Source of the DNA: Narcine bancroftii | Lineage: Eukaryota | Reading direction: 5' to 3' | NCBI RefSeq assembly: GCF_036971445.1 | Contig: NC_091471.1 | Span: 349,494,001 to 349,558,000, forward strand | DNA length: 64,000 bases | In this document: in pieces, positions 51,740-63,345 of the stretch | Numbering within the stretch: the first letter of the stretch is position 1 | Layout: every line of letters starts with the position of its first letter | Program-made: the position numbers and the translations under genes | Notes under the pieces: model-generated | Database searches by the model: none | What the model was told of the DNA's origin: nothing | What the model saw: only the letters and a program-made list of their open reading frames with translations

Positions 51740-54292
51740 TTATATGTTATTTTTTTGTAATGGAATACATTTATTCATTTCTATATACCATTGTTGTATT
51801 CTCAAGTTATCTTCTAATTTCCAGGCTGACATAATACATTTTTTTGCTACAGCTAGGGCTATCTTAACAAATCTTTTTTGTGCACCATCCAAATCAAGTC
51901 CAAATTCTTTGTTTTTTATGTTACTTAGGAGGAAGATCTCTGGGTTTTTTGGTATATTGCTTTTTGTGATTTTATTTAATATCTGGTTTAGATCTTCCCA
52001 AAATTTTTTCACTTTCTCACATGTCCAGATTGCATGAATTGTTGTTCCCATTTCCTTTTTACAGCGAAAACATCTGTCAGATACTGTTGGGTCCCATTTA
52101 TTTAACTTTTGAGGTGTAATATATAGCCTGTGTATCCAGTTATATTGTATCATACGTAACCTCGTATTTATTGTATTTCTCATAGTTCCTGAGCATAACT
52201 TCTCCCATGTTTCCTTCTTTATCTTTATGTTTAGATCTTGTTCCCATTTTTGTTTAGTTTTACCATATGTTTGCTCATTCTCCTTTTCTTGTAGTTTAAT
52301 ATACATGTTTGTTACAAATTTTTTGATTATCATTGTGTCTGTAATCACATATTCAAAATTACTTCCCTCTGGTAACCTCAGACTGCTTTCCAATTTGTCC
52401 TTCAAGTAGGATTTCAGTTGGTAGTATGCCAACACTGTATCATGAGTTAGATTATATTTATCCTTCATTTGTTCAAAGGATAATAATTTATTTCCTGAAA
52501 AGCAATTTTCTATTCTTTTGATCCCTTTTTTCTCCCATTCTCTAAAGGAAAGGTTATCTATTGTAAAAGGGATTAGCTGATTTTGCGTCAGTATTAGTTT
52601 TGGTAGTTGGTAATTTGTTTTATTCCTTTCCACATGAATCTTCTTCCAGATATTGATCAGATGATGTAATACTGGACAATTCCTACGTTGTACCAATTTT
52701 TCATCCCATTTATATAATATATGTTTAGGTATCTTCTCCCCTATTTTATCTAGTTCTAATCTAGTCCAATCTGGCTTTTCCCTTGTTTGATAAAAATCTG
52801 ATAGGTATCTTAATTGTGCGGCTCTATAATAATTTTTAAAGTTTGGCAATTGTAAGCCTCCTTGTTTATACCATTCTGTTAATTTATCTAGTGCTATCCT
52901 CAGTTTCCCCCCTTTACATAAAAATTTCCTTATTATTTTCTTTAACTCCTTGAAGAATTTCTCTGTCAAGTGTATTGGCAATGCCTGAAATAGGTATTGT
53001 ATCCTTGGGAAAATGTTCATTTTAATGCAGTTTATCCTTCCTATCAGTGTTAGTGGTAAATCTTTCCAATGCTCTAAGTCGTCCTGTAATTGTTTCATTA
53101 GTGGATAATAATTGAGTTTATATAGATGGCCGAGATTTTTACTTATTTGTATACCTAGGTATCGCATTGCTTGCATTTGCCATCTGAATGGTGATTCTTT
53201 CTTAAATTTTGAAAAATCCGCATTATTCATTGGCATTGCTTCACTTTTATTTGCGTTAATCTTGTATCCCGACACTTCTCCATATTCCTTCAATTTCTTA
53301 TGTAATTCTTTTATTGATATTTCTGGTTCTGTTAAGTATACTATAACGTCATCTGCAAATAAACTGATTTTATATTCCTTGTCTTTTATTTTTATCCCTT
53401 TTATTTTATTTTCTATTCTTATCAGTTCTGCTAGTGGTTCTATGGCTAATGCGAACAATAAGGGCGATAGTGGGCATCCCTGCCTTGTTGATCTGCTTAA
53501 GTTAAATTGTTTTGATATATATACATTTACTGTCACTTTCGCCAATGGCCCCTTATATAATGCTTTAATCCAATTAATATATTTCTCTGGTAAGCTGAAT
53601 TTTTGTAGTACTTTGAATAAATAATTCCATTCTACTCTGTCAAAGGCCTTCTCTGCGTCTAAAGCAACCGCTACTGTTGGAGCTTTATTTCCTTCTACTG
53701 CATGAATTAAGTTAATAAATTTACAAATATTGTCTGTTGTTCGTCTTTTTTTAATAAATGCAGTTTGGTCTAGATTTACTATTTTTGGTACATAGTCGGC
53801 TAATCTGTTTGCTAATAGTTTAGCTATTATCTTATAATCTGTGTTCAGTAAAGATATTGGTCTATATGACGCTGGTGCGAGTGGATCTTTCCCTGTATTT
53901 GGTATTACTGTAATTATTGCTGTTTTGCATGAATCTGGTAAGCTTTGTGTTTTGTTAGTCTGGTTGATTACTTCCAGGAGGGGAGGAATTAATAAATCTT
54001 TAAATGTTTTATAGAATTCTATTGGGAATCCATCCTCTCCTGGTGTTTTATTATTCGGTAGTTTTTTTATTATCTCTTGTATTTCTACTATTTCAAATGG
54101 TTCTGTTAATTTATTTTGTTCCTCTGTTTGTAATTTCGGTAGTTCAATTTTAGTTAAAAATTCATCTATTTTGTCTTCTTTCCCTTTGTTTTCAGTTTGG
54201 TATAATTGTAGGTAGAATTCTCTGAAGTTTTCATTAATCTCCTTTGGATTATATGTGATTTGTTTATCTTTTTTCCTTGATTCCAGTACCAT
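51740..54292 (-). CDS. L1 ORF2, 850-aa open portion (RT plus C-terminal Cys-rich domain); upstream endonuclease part is frameshifted
   Basis: ORF track; YRPISLLNTDYKI, LDAEKAFDRVEW, FADDV, CFRCKKEMGTTIHAIWTC. Confidence 0.9.
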   Translation of the reverse strand: MVLESRKKDKQITYNPKEINENFREFYLQLYQTENKGKEDKIDEFLTKIELPKLQTEEQNKLTEPFEIVEIQEIIKKLPNNKTPGEDGFPIEFYKTFKDLLIPPLLEVINQTNKTQSLPDSCKTAIITVIPNTGKDPLAPASYRPISLLNTDYKIIAKLLANRLADYVPKIVNLDQTAFIKKRRTTDNICKFINLIHAVEGNKAPTVAVALDAEKAFDRVEWNYLFKVLQKFSLPEKYINWIKALYKGPLAKVTVNVYISKQFNLSRSTRQGCPLSPLLFALAIEPLAELIRIENKIKGIKIKDKEYKISLFADDVIVYLTEPEISIKELHKKLKEYGEVSGYKINANKSEAMPMNNADFSKFKKESPFRWQMQAMRYLGIQISKNLGHLYKLNYYPLMKQLQDDLEHWKDLPLTLIGRINCIKMNIFPRIQYLFQALPIHLTEKFFKELKKIIRKFLCKGGKLRIALDKLTEWYKQGGLQLPNFKNYYRAAQLRYLSDFYQTREKPDWTRLELDKIGEKIPKHILYKWDEKLVQRRNCPVLHHLINIWKKIHVERNKTNYQLPKLILTQNQLIPFTIDNLSFREWEKKGIKRIENCFSGNKLLSFEQMKDKYNLTHDTVLAYYQLKSYLKDKLESSLRLPEGSNFEYVITDTMIIKKFVTNMYIKLQEKENEQTYGKTKQKWEQDLNIKIKKETWEKLCSGTMRNTINTRLRMIQYNWIHRLYITPQKLNKWDPTVSDRCFRCKKEMGTTIHAIWTCEKVKKFWEDLNQILNKITKSNIPKNPEIFLLSNIKNKEFGLDLDGAQKRFVKIALAVAKKCIMSAWKLEDNLRIQQWYIEMNKCIPLQKNNI

Positions 54293-55835
54293 TCTCTTAG
54301 TTAGTTCTGTCTTAAGCTGCCATGCTAGAATTTTGTGCGTTTTTTTCTTCTAGTTCATAATATTTCTGTTTTGTCTTCATTATGTTCTTCTCCACCTTAT
54401 ATGTTTGTAGTGTTTCATATTTTATTTTTTTATCTGCCAATTCTCTTCTTTTAGTTGTGTCTTCCTTCATTGCTAATTCTTTTTCTATATTTGCTATTTC
54501 CCTTTCCAACTGCTCTGTTTCCTGATTGTAGTCTTTCTTCATCTTGGTTACATAACTTATTATTTGCCCTCTGATGAATGCTTTCATTGTGTCCCATAGT
54601 ATAAACTTACCTTTCACTGATTCCGTATTTCAAAGTACATTTTAATTTGTCTTTCAATTAATTCTCTAAAATCCTGCCTTTTATGTAGCATGGAGTTTAA
54701 TCTCCATCTATGCATTCTTGGAGGGATGTCCTCTAACTCTATTGTCAATATCAGGGGTGAGTGGTCCAATAATATTCTAGCTTTATATTCTGTTTTCCTA
54801 ACTCTGTCTGGCATGCGAGCTGATAACAGGAATAGGTCTATTCTTGAGTATGTTTTATGTCTACCCGAATAATATGAATATTCCTTTTCCTTTGGGTGTT
54901 GTTTCCTCCATATATCCAAAAGTTGCATTTCTTGCATCGATTTAATTATAAATTTGGTTACTTTGTTTTTTCTGTTAATTTTTTTCCAAGTTTTATCCAT
55001 GTTTGAATCCAAATTAAGTTTGAAATCCCCTCCTATTAGTATGTTCCCTTGTGTGTCTGCTATCTTCAAAAAAATATCTTCCATAAATTTTTGATCTTCT
55101 TCGTTAGGTGAATATACATTGAGTAAATTCCAAAACTCCGAATGTATCTGACATTTTATCATTACATATCTCCCTGCTGGATCTATTATTTCCTCTTCTA
55201 TTTTAATTGGTATATTTTTACTGATTAATATAGCTACTCATCTAGCTTTTGAATTATATGACGCTGCTGTTACATGTCCTATCCAATCTCTCTTTAATTT
55301 CTTGTGCTCCACTTCAGTTAAGTGTGTTTCTTGCACGAATGCAATATCAATTTTTTATTTTTTCAGTAAATTTAGCAGTTTCTTCCTTTTGATTTGGTTA
55401 TGTATTCCATTAATATTTAAAGTCATATAGTTCAACATAGCCATTTCATACTTTGTTTATCTTTCCTTTCCGTTTCCTCATCATCACCTTTCCTTCTTAT
55501 CCATTTCTGCTTTCTTTTTTTGAACACTTTATAAGACAACATTTCTAAAACATAAAACATTTCCCTTATTCTCCTATCTAAAATTTCTTTAACCCCACTA
55601 TCCCCTCCCCTTCCTGAGTTCCCTTTATCCCTTGTCGGGCAACCACATCTCCCCTCTCCATTTGGATTTGCGAATTCACTCGCAAGCGTCAACTGATTTC
55701 GCAGTGACCGTAACTCTTCCCCACCCAGCCGCCCCCCAGAAAAGATTTTAATTTTCATATACAACAAAGGTCACTCTCTTAATTCCCCCCATACTTCCTT
55801 TCTTCCCTTTCTTTCCCTTCTTAGTTCTTACCTAT

Positions 55836-56785
55836 CTTTTCTTCTTTGGCTTGGCTTCGCGGACGAAGATTTATGGAGGGGGTAAAAAGTCCACGTCAGC
55901 TGCAGGCTCGTTTGTGGCTGACAAGTCCGATGCGGGACAGGCAGACACGATTGCAGCGGTTGCAGGGGAAAATTGGTTGGTTGGGGTTGGGTGTTGGGTT
56001 TTTCCTCCTTTGCCTTTTGTCAGTGAGGTAGGCTCTGCGGTCTTCTTCAAAGGAGGTTGCTGCCCGCCAAACTGTGAGGCGCCAAGATGCACGGTTTGAG
56101 GCGTTATCAGCCCACTGGCGGTGGTCAATGTGGCAGGCACCAAGAGATTTCTTTAGGCAGTCCTTGTACCTTTTCTTTGGTGCACCTCTGTCACGGTGGC
56201 CAGTGGAGAGCTCGCCATATAACACGATCTTGGGAAGGCGATGGTCCTCCATTCTGGAGACGTGACCCATCCAGCGCAGCTGGATCTTCAGCAACGTGGA
56301 CTCGATGCTGTCGACCTCTGCCATCTCGAGTACTTCGACGTTAGGGATGTAAGTGCTCCAATGGATGTTGAGGATGGAGCGGAGACAACGCTGGTGGAAG
56401 CGTTCTAGGAGCCGTAGGTGGTGCCGGTAGAGGACCCATGATTCGGAGCCGAACAGGAGTGTGGGTATGACAACGGCTCTGTATACGCTTATCTTTGTGA
56501 GGTTTTTTAGTTGGTTGTTTTTCCAGACTCTTTTGTGTAGTCTTCCAAAGGCGCTATTTGCCTTGGCGAGTCTGTTGTCTATCTCATTGTCGATCCTTGC
56601 ATCTGATGAAATGGTGCAGCCGAGATAGGTAAACTGGTTGACCGTTTTGAGTTTTGTGTGCCCGATGGCCAAAATGTTTGGCCTGGAAGTCAGCCTGAAG
56701 AAAACTGAGGTCCTCCATCAGCCAGCTCCCCACCATGACTACCAGCCCCCCCACATCTCCATCGGCCACACAAAACTCAAAACGG
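55836..56785 (-). mobile_element. 5'-truncated, 5'-inverted RTE-clade LINE nested in the L1 inter-ORF spacer
   Basis: Open 258-aa RTE C-terminus (FTYLGCTIS, QLRWMGHVSRM, CNRCNRVCLSRIGLVSHKRAC); AAG-rich tail; TSD TTACCTAT at 55828-55835 and 56786-56793. Confidence 0.9.
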
Positions 56786-56827
56786 TTACCTATATTCTAT
56801 TTTTTTTATATATATACATACACACAT

Positions 56828-56869
<42 letters not shown>

Positions 56870-58833
56870 ACATACACACATACATATAGTTTGTGGTCAT
56901 TTTTGTTCTCGTTACATATCTTCCTCTCTCTGTCTGTTTTGTAGTTGTTCTGCAAATTTTCTTACTTCCTCCGGATCCAAGAATAGTCTGTTTTGCTGCC
57001 CTGGAATAACTATTTTAAGTACCGCTGGATACTTTAGCATAAATTTATATCCTTTTTTCCATAGGATCGTTTTTGCTGCATTAAACTCCTTCCTCTTCAG
57101 GAGTTCAAAACTTATATCTGGATAGAAAAAAATTTTTTGACCTTTGTATTCCAGTGGTTTTTTTGTCTTCTCTCATTGCTTTCTCCAATATATTTTCTCT
57201 TGTTGTATATCTTAAGAATTTTACTAGAATGGATCTTGGTTTTTGTTGTGGTTGTGGTTTAGGGGCTAATGTTCTGTGTGCCCTTTCTATTTCCATTTCT
57301 TCCTGTAGTTCTGGTCTTCCTAGGACCCTGGGGATTCATTCTTTTATAAATTCTCTCATATTCTTGCCTTCTTCATCTTCCTTAAGGCCCACTATCTTTA
57401 TATTGTTTCTTCTACTATAATTTTCCATTATATCTATCTTCTGAGCTAACAGCTCTTGTGTCTCTTTAACTTTTTTATCAGATTCTTCTAATTTCTTTTT
57501 TAAGTCCTCTACTTCCATTTCTATGGCTGTTTCTCGTTCTTCCACCTTGTCCACTCTTTTTCCTATATCTGACATGACCATCTCTAATCTATTCATTTTT
57601 CTTCTGTACTTTTTACTCTTTTTATTTCACTGAATTCTTGTGACTGCCATTCTTTTACTGATTCCATATATTCTTTAAAAAAATATATATCCATTGTCTT
57701 GCCCTTCCCTTCATCTTCCATTTCTCTGTGTTCTTCCTCTTCTTCTTCTGAGTCCACTCCAGGATCTGTGTCCTTTACCTCTGTCTCTTCTGGTTTTCTT
57801 GTTGGTTTGTTTGTTTTATTTTGTTGGGTATTTTTGGTCTTCTTATTTTTATTTGAAGTGTCTTGCTGCTGGTCTTCTTCCTCTGGTTGTTGTTTCTTTG
57901 ATTTCTTTTTACTCTCTTCTTTCTTGCTCTCGTTATGTTCTGTGTCTTCCTCTTGCTGTTTTGTTGTGGCTGTCATTCTAAGCTGTGGAGATCAACTCCT
58001 CAGCTGGTGCCCCCTCCCGTCAGTGTTATTTTTGTCTTGCGCATCCGCGCATGCGCGACTCCTCGCGCATGCGCGGTTGTGCACTTTTGCTTGGCTCCGT
58101 GAGCCATTTTTGTAGTCCCGAGTTCGGGACTTCAACTGACCTTGGGAGCAGGCTTCTCTCTCCGTAGCGGGCCTCCTTGGACAGGTAAGGCCTTCACCTT
58201 CTTCTTTCGACGTCCTTTCTTCTTCCCGTTGTTTTTGACTTTTCTTTTTTCGCTGCCATTTTCTCCACACCTTTATTTTCACTTTATTTTGGTTTTTGTG
58301 TTTGTGCCTTCGTTTTTTCACTGTCTTTATTTTACTTTTCTGGAGAGGGCTGGAGTTCCCTGACCGGCCACTACTCCATCACGTGACTCCTCCGATGTGT
58401 GAGTTTTCATGTCGATATTGAATAAGTTAAAAATGATTTTAAAAATTAGATTGTGAGCAGAAGGGCTGTACACACTGTGCTGAATGTTTCTAATGCTGCT
58501 GTGGAACTACTGATTTTTCAGGAGGGGGAGTGGGGGGGGTAGAAGGAGATGTATGAGTGGACAAAGGATCTCAGTGGGAGAGTGACTCCAAACTGACCCC
58601 TCATCCAGTCTGGAATTGGAGACGCGATGGTATTAGTAAAATGAATGTTGTGGTGGGGTAGGGGTGGTGTCGCTATATGCTGGAAGGGATGGGATGGGAT
58701 GCAGGCAGGAGGGGGGTGATTGTTTGTGAGGGACTTGCCGAGGCTCCTGAAGACCCAAAAGACACGTTGGTGAAATGCTGTGACTTGTGAAAGAGGCCTA
58801 TTGGCTTTGGTGTAACCTTCAGTTTGTCGACAG

Positions 58834-59009
58834 CCCGGAATGCGATGGTGGTGCTAGCTGCCAGCATGGTGGCCCTCTGCTTCGAGAGTCAACGTTGGCA
58901 CGTGTTTACCCTGACGGGAAAGACGGTTCAGGGACTCCCACTATTCCAACTTCCGCCCTTCTCCCAAGTGACGACCAATGGCACAGTGACCTTCACAGAG
59001 ATGGTTCAG
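58834..59009 (+). CDS. slc26a11: SLC26A11 coding exon 6
   Basis: (A)RNAMVVLAASMVALCFESQRWHVFTLTGKTVQGLPLFQLPPFSQVTTNGTVTFTEMVQ|gtaagt. Confidence 0.95.
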
Positions 59010-59069
59010 GTAAGTGTCCTCCTCTCTATTTCCCGTCCTGCAAGAGATCCTGGTCTATTCAAAACCAGC

Positions 59070-59432
59070 CTCTCCATCCCACTGAGAGCGTGGGGACTGT
59101 ACCAAATTCGCCATCCCACTGAGTGTGTGGTCCCTGTACTGAGCTCACCATCCCACTGATAGTGTGGTGTCTGTACTGAGCTCACCATCCCACTAGTAGT
59201 GTAGGGAATGTACCTATCTCACCGTCTCATTGAGAGTGTGGGGTCTGTACCAAGCTCTCCATTGCACTGAGAGCGAGGGGACCTTACTGAGTTCACGGTC
59301 CCACTGAGAGCATGTGGTATGTACCGAGCTCACCATCCCACTATGAGCATGGGATCTGTTCTGAGCATACCGTCGCACTGAGAGTGTGGGGTCTGCACTG
59401 AGTTCACCATCCCACTGAGAGCATGGGGGCCT
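59070..59432. repeat. Degenerate ~38-bp minisatellite (CCCACTGAGAGTGTGGGGTCTGTACTGAGCTCACCAT), about 9 units
   Basis: Directly visible. Confidence 0.85.
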
Positions 59433-59777
59433 GAGTGTATTCTGGTAGGACAAACTGCACTGAGCTAGGCTGGGTACACCTGTGAGGTGAGGCCAGGGTA
59501 CCTCAGTACCTTGTGGATGAAGCTCAGACTCTTCCGGTGGTGATTGTCCATCTTCCTCAATGGCCTATTGTCCATCTGCTGACGGAGCTGCTGCCTCTCT
59601 GCTCCAGTCACCGACCACTGCCAGTGTAATTGATACAATGCATGGGCTTGTTCTGCTAGTGTAGTGGGTACAATGCAAGGCCTGACCCATAGTGGGAGGG
59701 TGGGAATGATGTGTGATGGCCCAATCCGCCCCATTCCACTCAGGCTGATGGTTGTCAATCACTCTTGGTCTTCTCAG

Positions 59778-59850
59778 AACTTCGGAGCAGGATTGGCTGT
59801 GGTGCCTCTGGTAGGATTTCTGGAGAGCATAGCGATTGCCAAAGCATTCG
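59778..59850 (+). CDS. slc26a11: SLC26A11 coding exon 7
   Basis: NFGAGLAVVPLVGFLESIAIAKAF(A)|gtgagt. Confidence 0.95.
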
Positions 59851-60485
59851 GTGAGTAGCTTCAGGAGCTTCACTTCCCTGACCATTCGCTCCCACTCTCA
59901 TTCCTTGAGCTACTTTGGAGGAACAAGATGACAGAATGATCAGTGGGAGAAAATGTTGACAATTCTTCCCCCACTGCTGGCTGAGTTCCTCCATCACAGT
60001 GAATGTCAGAGACATCTTGATGTAAAACTGAGCTATTGTCAGACATTTTAAGTCTATAAAAAATTAAACTAGTACATTTTTATTAAATTCAAAGCTTATG
60101 AATTTCACTAAATCCATAATTGGAAAAATGAATTATTTTGTTTTTAATTGTTTCATTTAGGATTACTGCCTGTTAATTTTAAATCATTGTTATCCCTGCA
60201 TTAATGCCATGAATCTTCTACAAATCAATGCATTTAAACAGGAAGTCCCTTTCAGTCCCAGAACCACTGACCTCCTCTGGCTCTGTCCCCAACCAGGTAA
60301 TCTCCTTGGAGATATTCTGCCCAGACCCACCATGTCCTTGCTTCCCGGTGGCTCACGGTTGAATGCTGGTGACCCAGACCTGACAAGTCACTGGGAGGTT
60401 CCCTGGGCTGGCCATGTCCTGTCTGACCCTCCTCGTTAGTGGGTGGAGGTACGGGCCTTTTGACGGGTCTCCTGTTGTATTGCAG

Positions 60486-60536
60486 CCACTCGGAACGGAT
60501 ACAGAGTCGACCCCAACCAAGAGCTCATTGCGATAG
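60486..60536 (+). CDS. slc26a11: SLC26A11 coding exon 8 (gene continues beyond the window)
   Basis: (A)TRNGYRVDPNQELIAI(G)|gtaag; NQEL motif of SLC26. Confidence 0.95.
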   Translation, partial: PLGTDTESTPTKSSLR

Positions 60537-61570
60537 GTAAGAGGCACATTTGGAGGGGTGGGGCAGTGGGGAGATTACCCAACCTCTGAAATCGGACCCT
60601 TGCCAGATCCAGGCTGGTCTCTCCAGGTAGGGTGGTGGAGGGCAGCATATGGAATGCAGCTGTATTGATCCTGCACCCTTGTGTCTTGAGGTGGATCTGT
60701 GTGGATGCCTGAATGTTTAGTACTTCCAACCTTTCCCCTCTATCCTGCTGCTTTTTTTTTGATCTCCTAGATGATTCCTTCCCACTTCCCCACACATTCC
60801 CCCGGAGTGTGTAAAGGAGGGGAGAATGGAGAGGATTGGGTTGGCTGTTGAGTAGGACTCTGGGGCCAATATGACTGAGCAATCCAAGCATTGCATAGCA
60901 CAGGAGAAGAACGTTTAGCCCATGTCCCGGCTAAACCCATTTCCAGCAGTCTCCAATCTTAGCAAAGTCCCCATCACAGTATCTTTGGGAACCCTGGATT
61001 CTTTGAATCATCAGATCTCAATGAATGGGTGTCATGTGTTCTAGAAAAGGAGCAGATCCAGATGCACTTGAAAGGGGTGCAGAGGAGATTCACCAGGATG
61101 TTGATGTTAAGAGAGGCTGAAGTAGACCGTGTAGAGGGTTACAAAATCACAAGGGATATGGGTATAGAGAATGCTCACAGTCTCTTTTCCGGTGTAAATG
61201 ATTCTAGAATTAGGTGGCATAAGTTTAAAGTGAGAGGAGAGGGACGATGGTTGGAACGGTTAGCATAATGGCTAGTGCAATGCTGTTACATGGCCAGTGA
61301 CCCAATTTCGAATCCTGCATCGTCTGTAAGGAGTTTGAACCTGTTGCCAATTTCTTTGGGACTCTATAATTATTTAAATAGAAAACACAACCCAGGAGAT
61401 TGTTTCAGAAGAGTTTATTGACAAGGTTAAACTTGGACAGTCCACCACAGAGACTCTGCCCATATGAAGCAGAGAACAAGTTTTTATAACCCAAAACAAA
61501 CAAGTCTTTAATCAATTGCTACTCCCTCTCGCACAATATTGTTACAAGACAGATTGAAAAGGGGAACCAG

Positions 61571-62967
61571 GGAGGAGTCACGTGATGGAGTAGTGGCCGG
61601 TAGGGGAACTCCAGCCCTCTCCAGAAAAGTTAAAAAAAGATAGAGAAAAAGCAAAGGCACAAACTTAAAAACCAAAACAAAGTGAAAGTAAAAGTGTGAA
61701 GAAAATGGCTACGAAGAAAGAAAAACCAAAAACAACGGGAAGAAAAGAAGAAGGAAAGACGTCGGAAGAAGAAGGTGAAGGACTTACCTGTCCGAAGAGG
61801 CCCGCCGCGGAGAGAGAGGCCCGCTCCCACAGGTCAGTGGAGGTCCCGGGCTCGGGACTACAAAAATGGCTCGCAGAGCCGAGTAAAAGTGCGCTACCGC
61901 GCAAGAAAAAAAACACACTGACGGGCGGGGGGAACAACTGCGGAGTCGATCTCCACAGCTGAGAGACACCTGCAGCACAGCAGCAGGTGCAGAACACAGG
62001 CAATAACGACAACAAGAAAGAAGAGGGTAAAAAGAAAACAAGGAAACAACAGATGGTCAATCCAGAGGAAGAAGAAGAAGAAGAACAGAAAGAAGTGGAA
62101 GAAGAAGAGAAAAGCAAGACAATGGATGTATCTTTTTTTAAAGAATATATGGAATCAGTGAAAGAATGGCAATTACAAGAATTTGATGAGATAAAAAGAA
62201 GAATTAAGAATACAGAAGAAAGAATGAATAAAATGGAAGTGGCCATATCAGAATTGGCAAAAAGAGTGGAAAATATGGAAAAAAGAGAAACATTTGTAGA
62301 TATGGAAGTAAAAGACTTAAAAGAGAAATTAGAAGAATCTAATAAAAAAGCTAAAGAGGCACAGGAGCTGTTAGCTCAGAAGATAGATATAATAGAAAAC
62401 TATAATAGAAGAAATAATATAAAGATAGTGGACCTTAAGGAAGATGAAGAAGGCAAGAATATGAGAGAATTTATAAAAGATTGGATCCCCAGGGTCCTGG
62501 GAAGACCAGAATTACAGGAAGAAATGGAAATAGAGAGGGCACATAGAACTTTAGCCCCGAAACCACAACCGCAGCAAAAACCAAGATCCATTTTAGTTAA
62601 ATTCTTAAGATATACAACAAGAGAAAATATATTGGAGAAAGCAATGAAGAAAGTAAGAGAGGACAAAAAGCCACTGGAATATAAAGGTCAAAAATTTTTT
62701 TCTATCCAGACATAAGTTTTGAACTCCTGAAGAAGAGGAAGGAGTTCAATACAGCGAAAACGATCTTATGGAAAAAAGGATATAAATTTATGTTAAGGTA
62801 CCCAGCGGTACTTAAAATAATTATTCCAGGGCAACAAAACAGACTATTCTCGGATCCAGAGGAAGCAAGGAAATTTGCAGAACAACTACAAAACAAGCAG
62901 AGAGATGAAGACATGTAATAAGAGTAAAAATGACCACGATCTATATGTATGTGTGTAAAGGGGTATA

Positions 62968-63016
<49 letters not shown>

Positions 63017-63345
63017 TGCATACATGAATGTATCCGTATTTAGAGGAAAATATATAGAGTATAGACAAGAATTAATAAGGGAGGGAAATGGAATAGAGGG
63101 AATAAGGAGGGAATTAAAAGAGTGACCTTTGTTACATATGAAAATTCAAATCTTTTCTGGTGGGGTTGGGTGGGGAGGAGTTACGGTCACTGCAAAATCA
63201 GCTGACATTTGCGAGTGAATTCGCAAATCCAAATGGAGAGGGGAGATGTGGTTGTCCGACAAGGGATAAAGGACAACTCAGGAGGGGGAGGGGAGAATGG
63301 GGTTAAAGAAGTTTTAAATAGGAAAATAGGGAAAATGTTTCATGT
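61571..63345 (+). mobile_element. Second copy of the same L1 family: 5' UTR, ORF1 (~61705-62918, frameshifted) and inter-ORF spacer
   Basis: Identical 5' end GGAGGAGTCACGTGATGGAGTAGTGGCCGGT; ORF1 peptide highly similar to 57105-57976. Confidence 0.92.

Larger units (their letters stand above)
51393..58393 (-). mobile_element. Full-length L1/Tx1-like LINE (5' UTR, ORF1, spacer, ORF2, A-rich tail) with a nested RTE insertion
   Basis: 5' end GGAGGAGTCACGTGATGGAG at 58393; ORF1 pieces 58260-56910 (ENYSRRNNIKIVGL, IERAHR); ORF2 from ~55444 (APE: NVYSPN, GGDF, YSRIDLF; RT: RQGCPLSPLLF, SLFADD); TSD-like GATGTGAGTTTT (51385) / GATGTGTGAGTTTT (58394). Confidence 0.93.
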
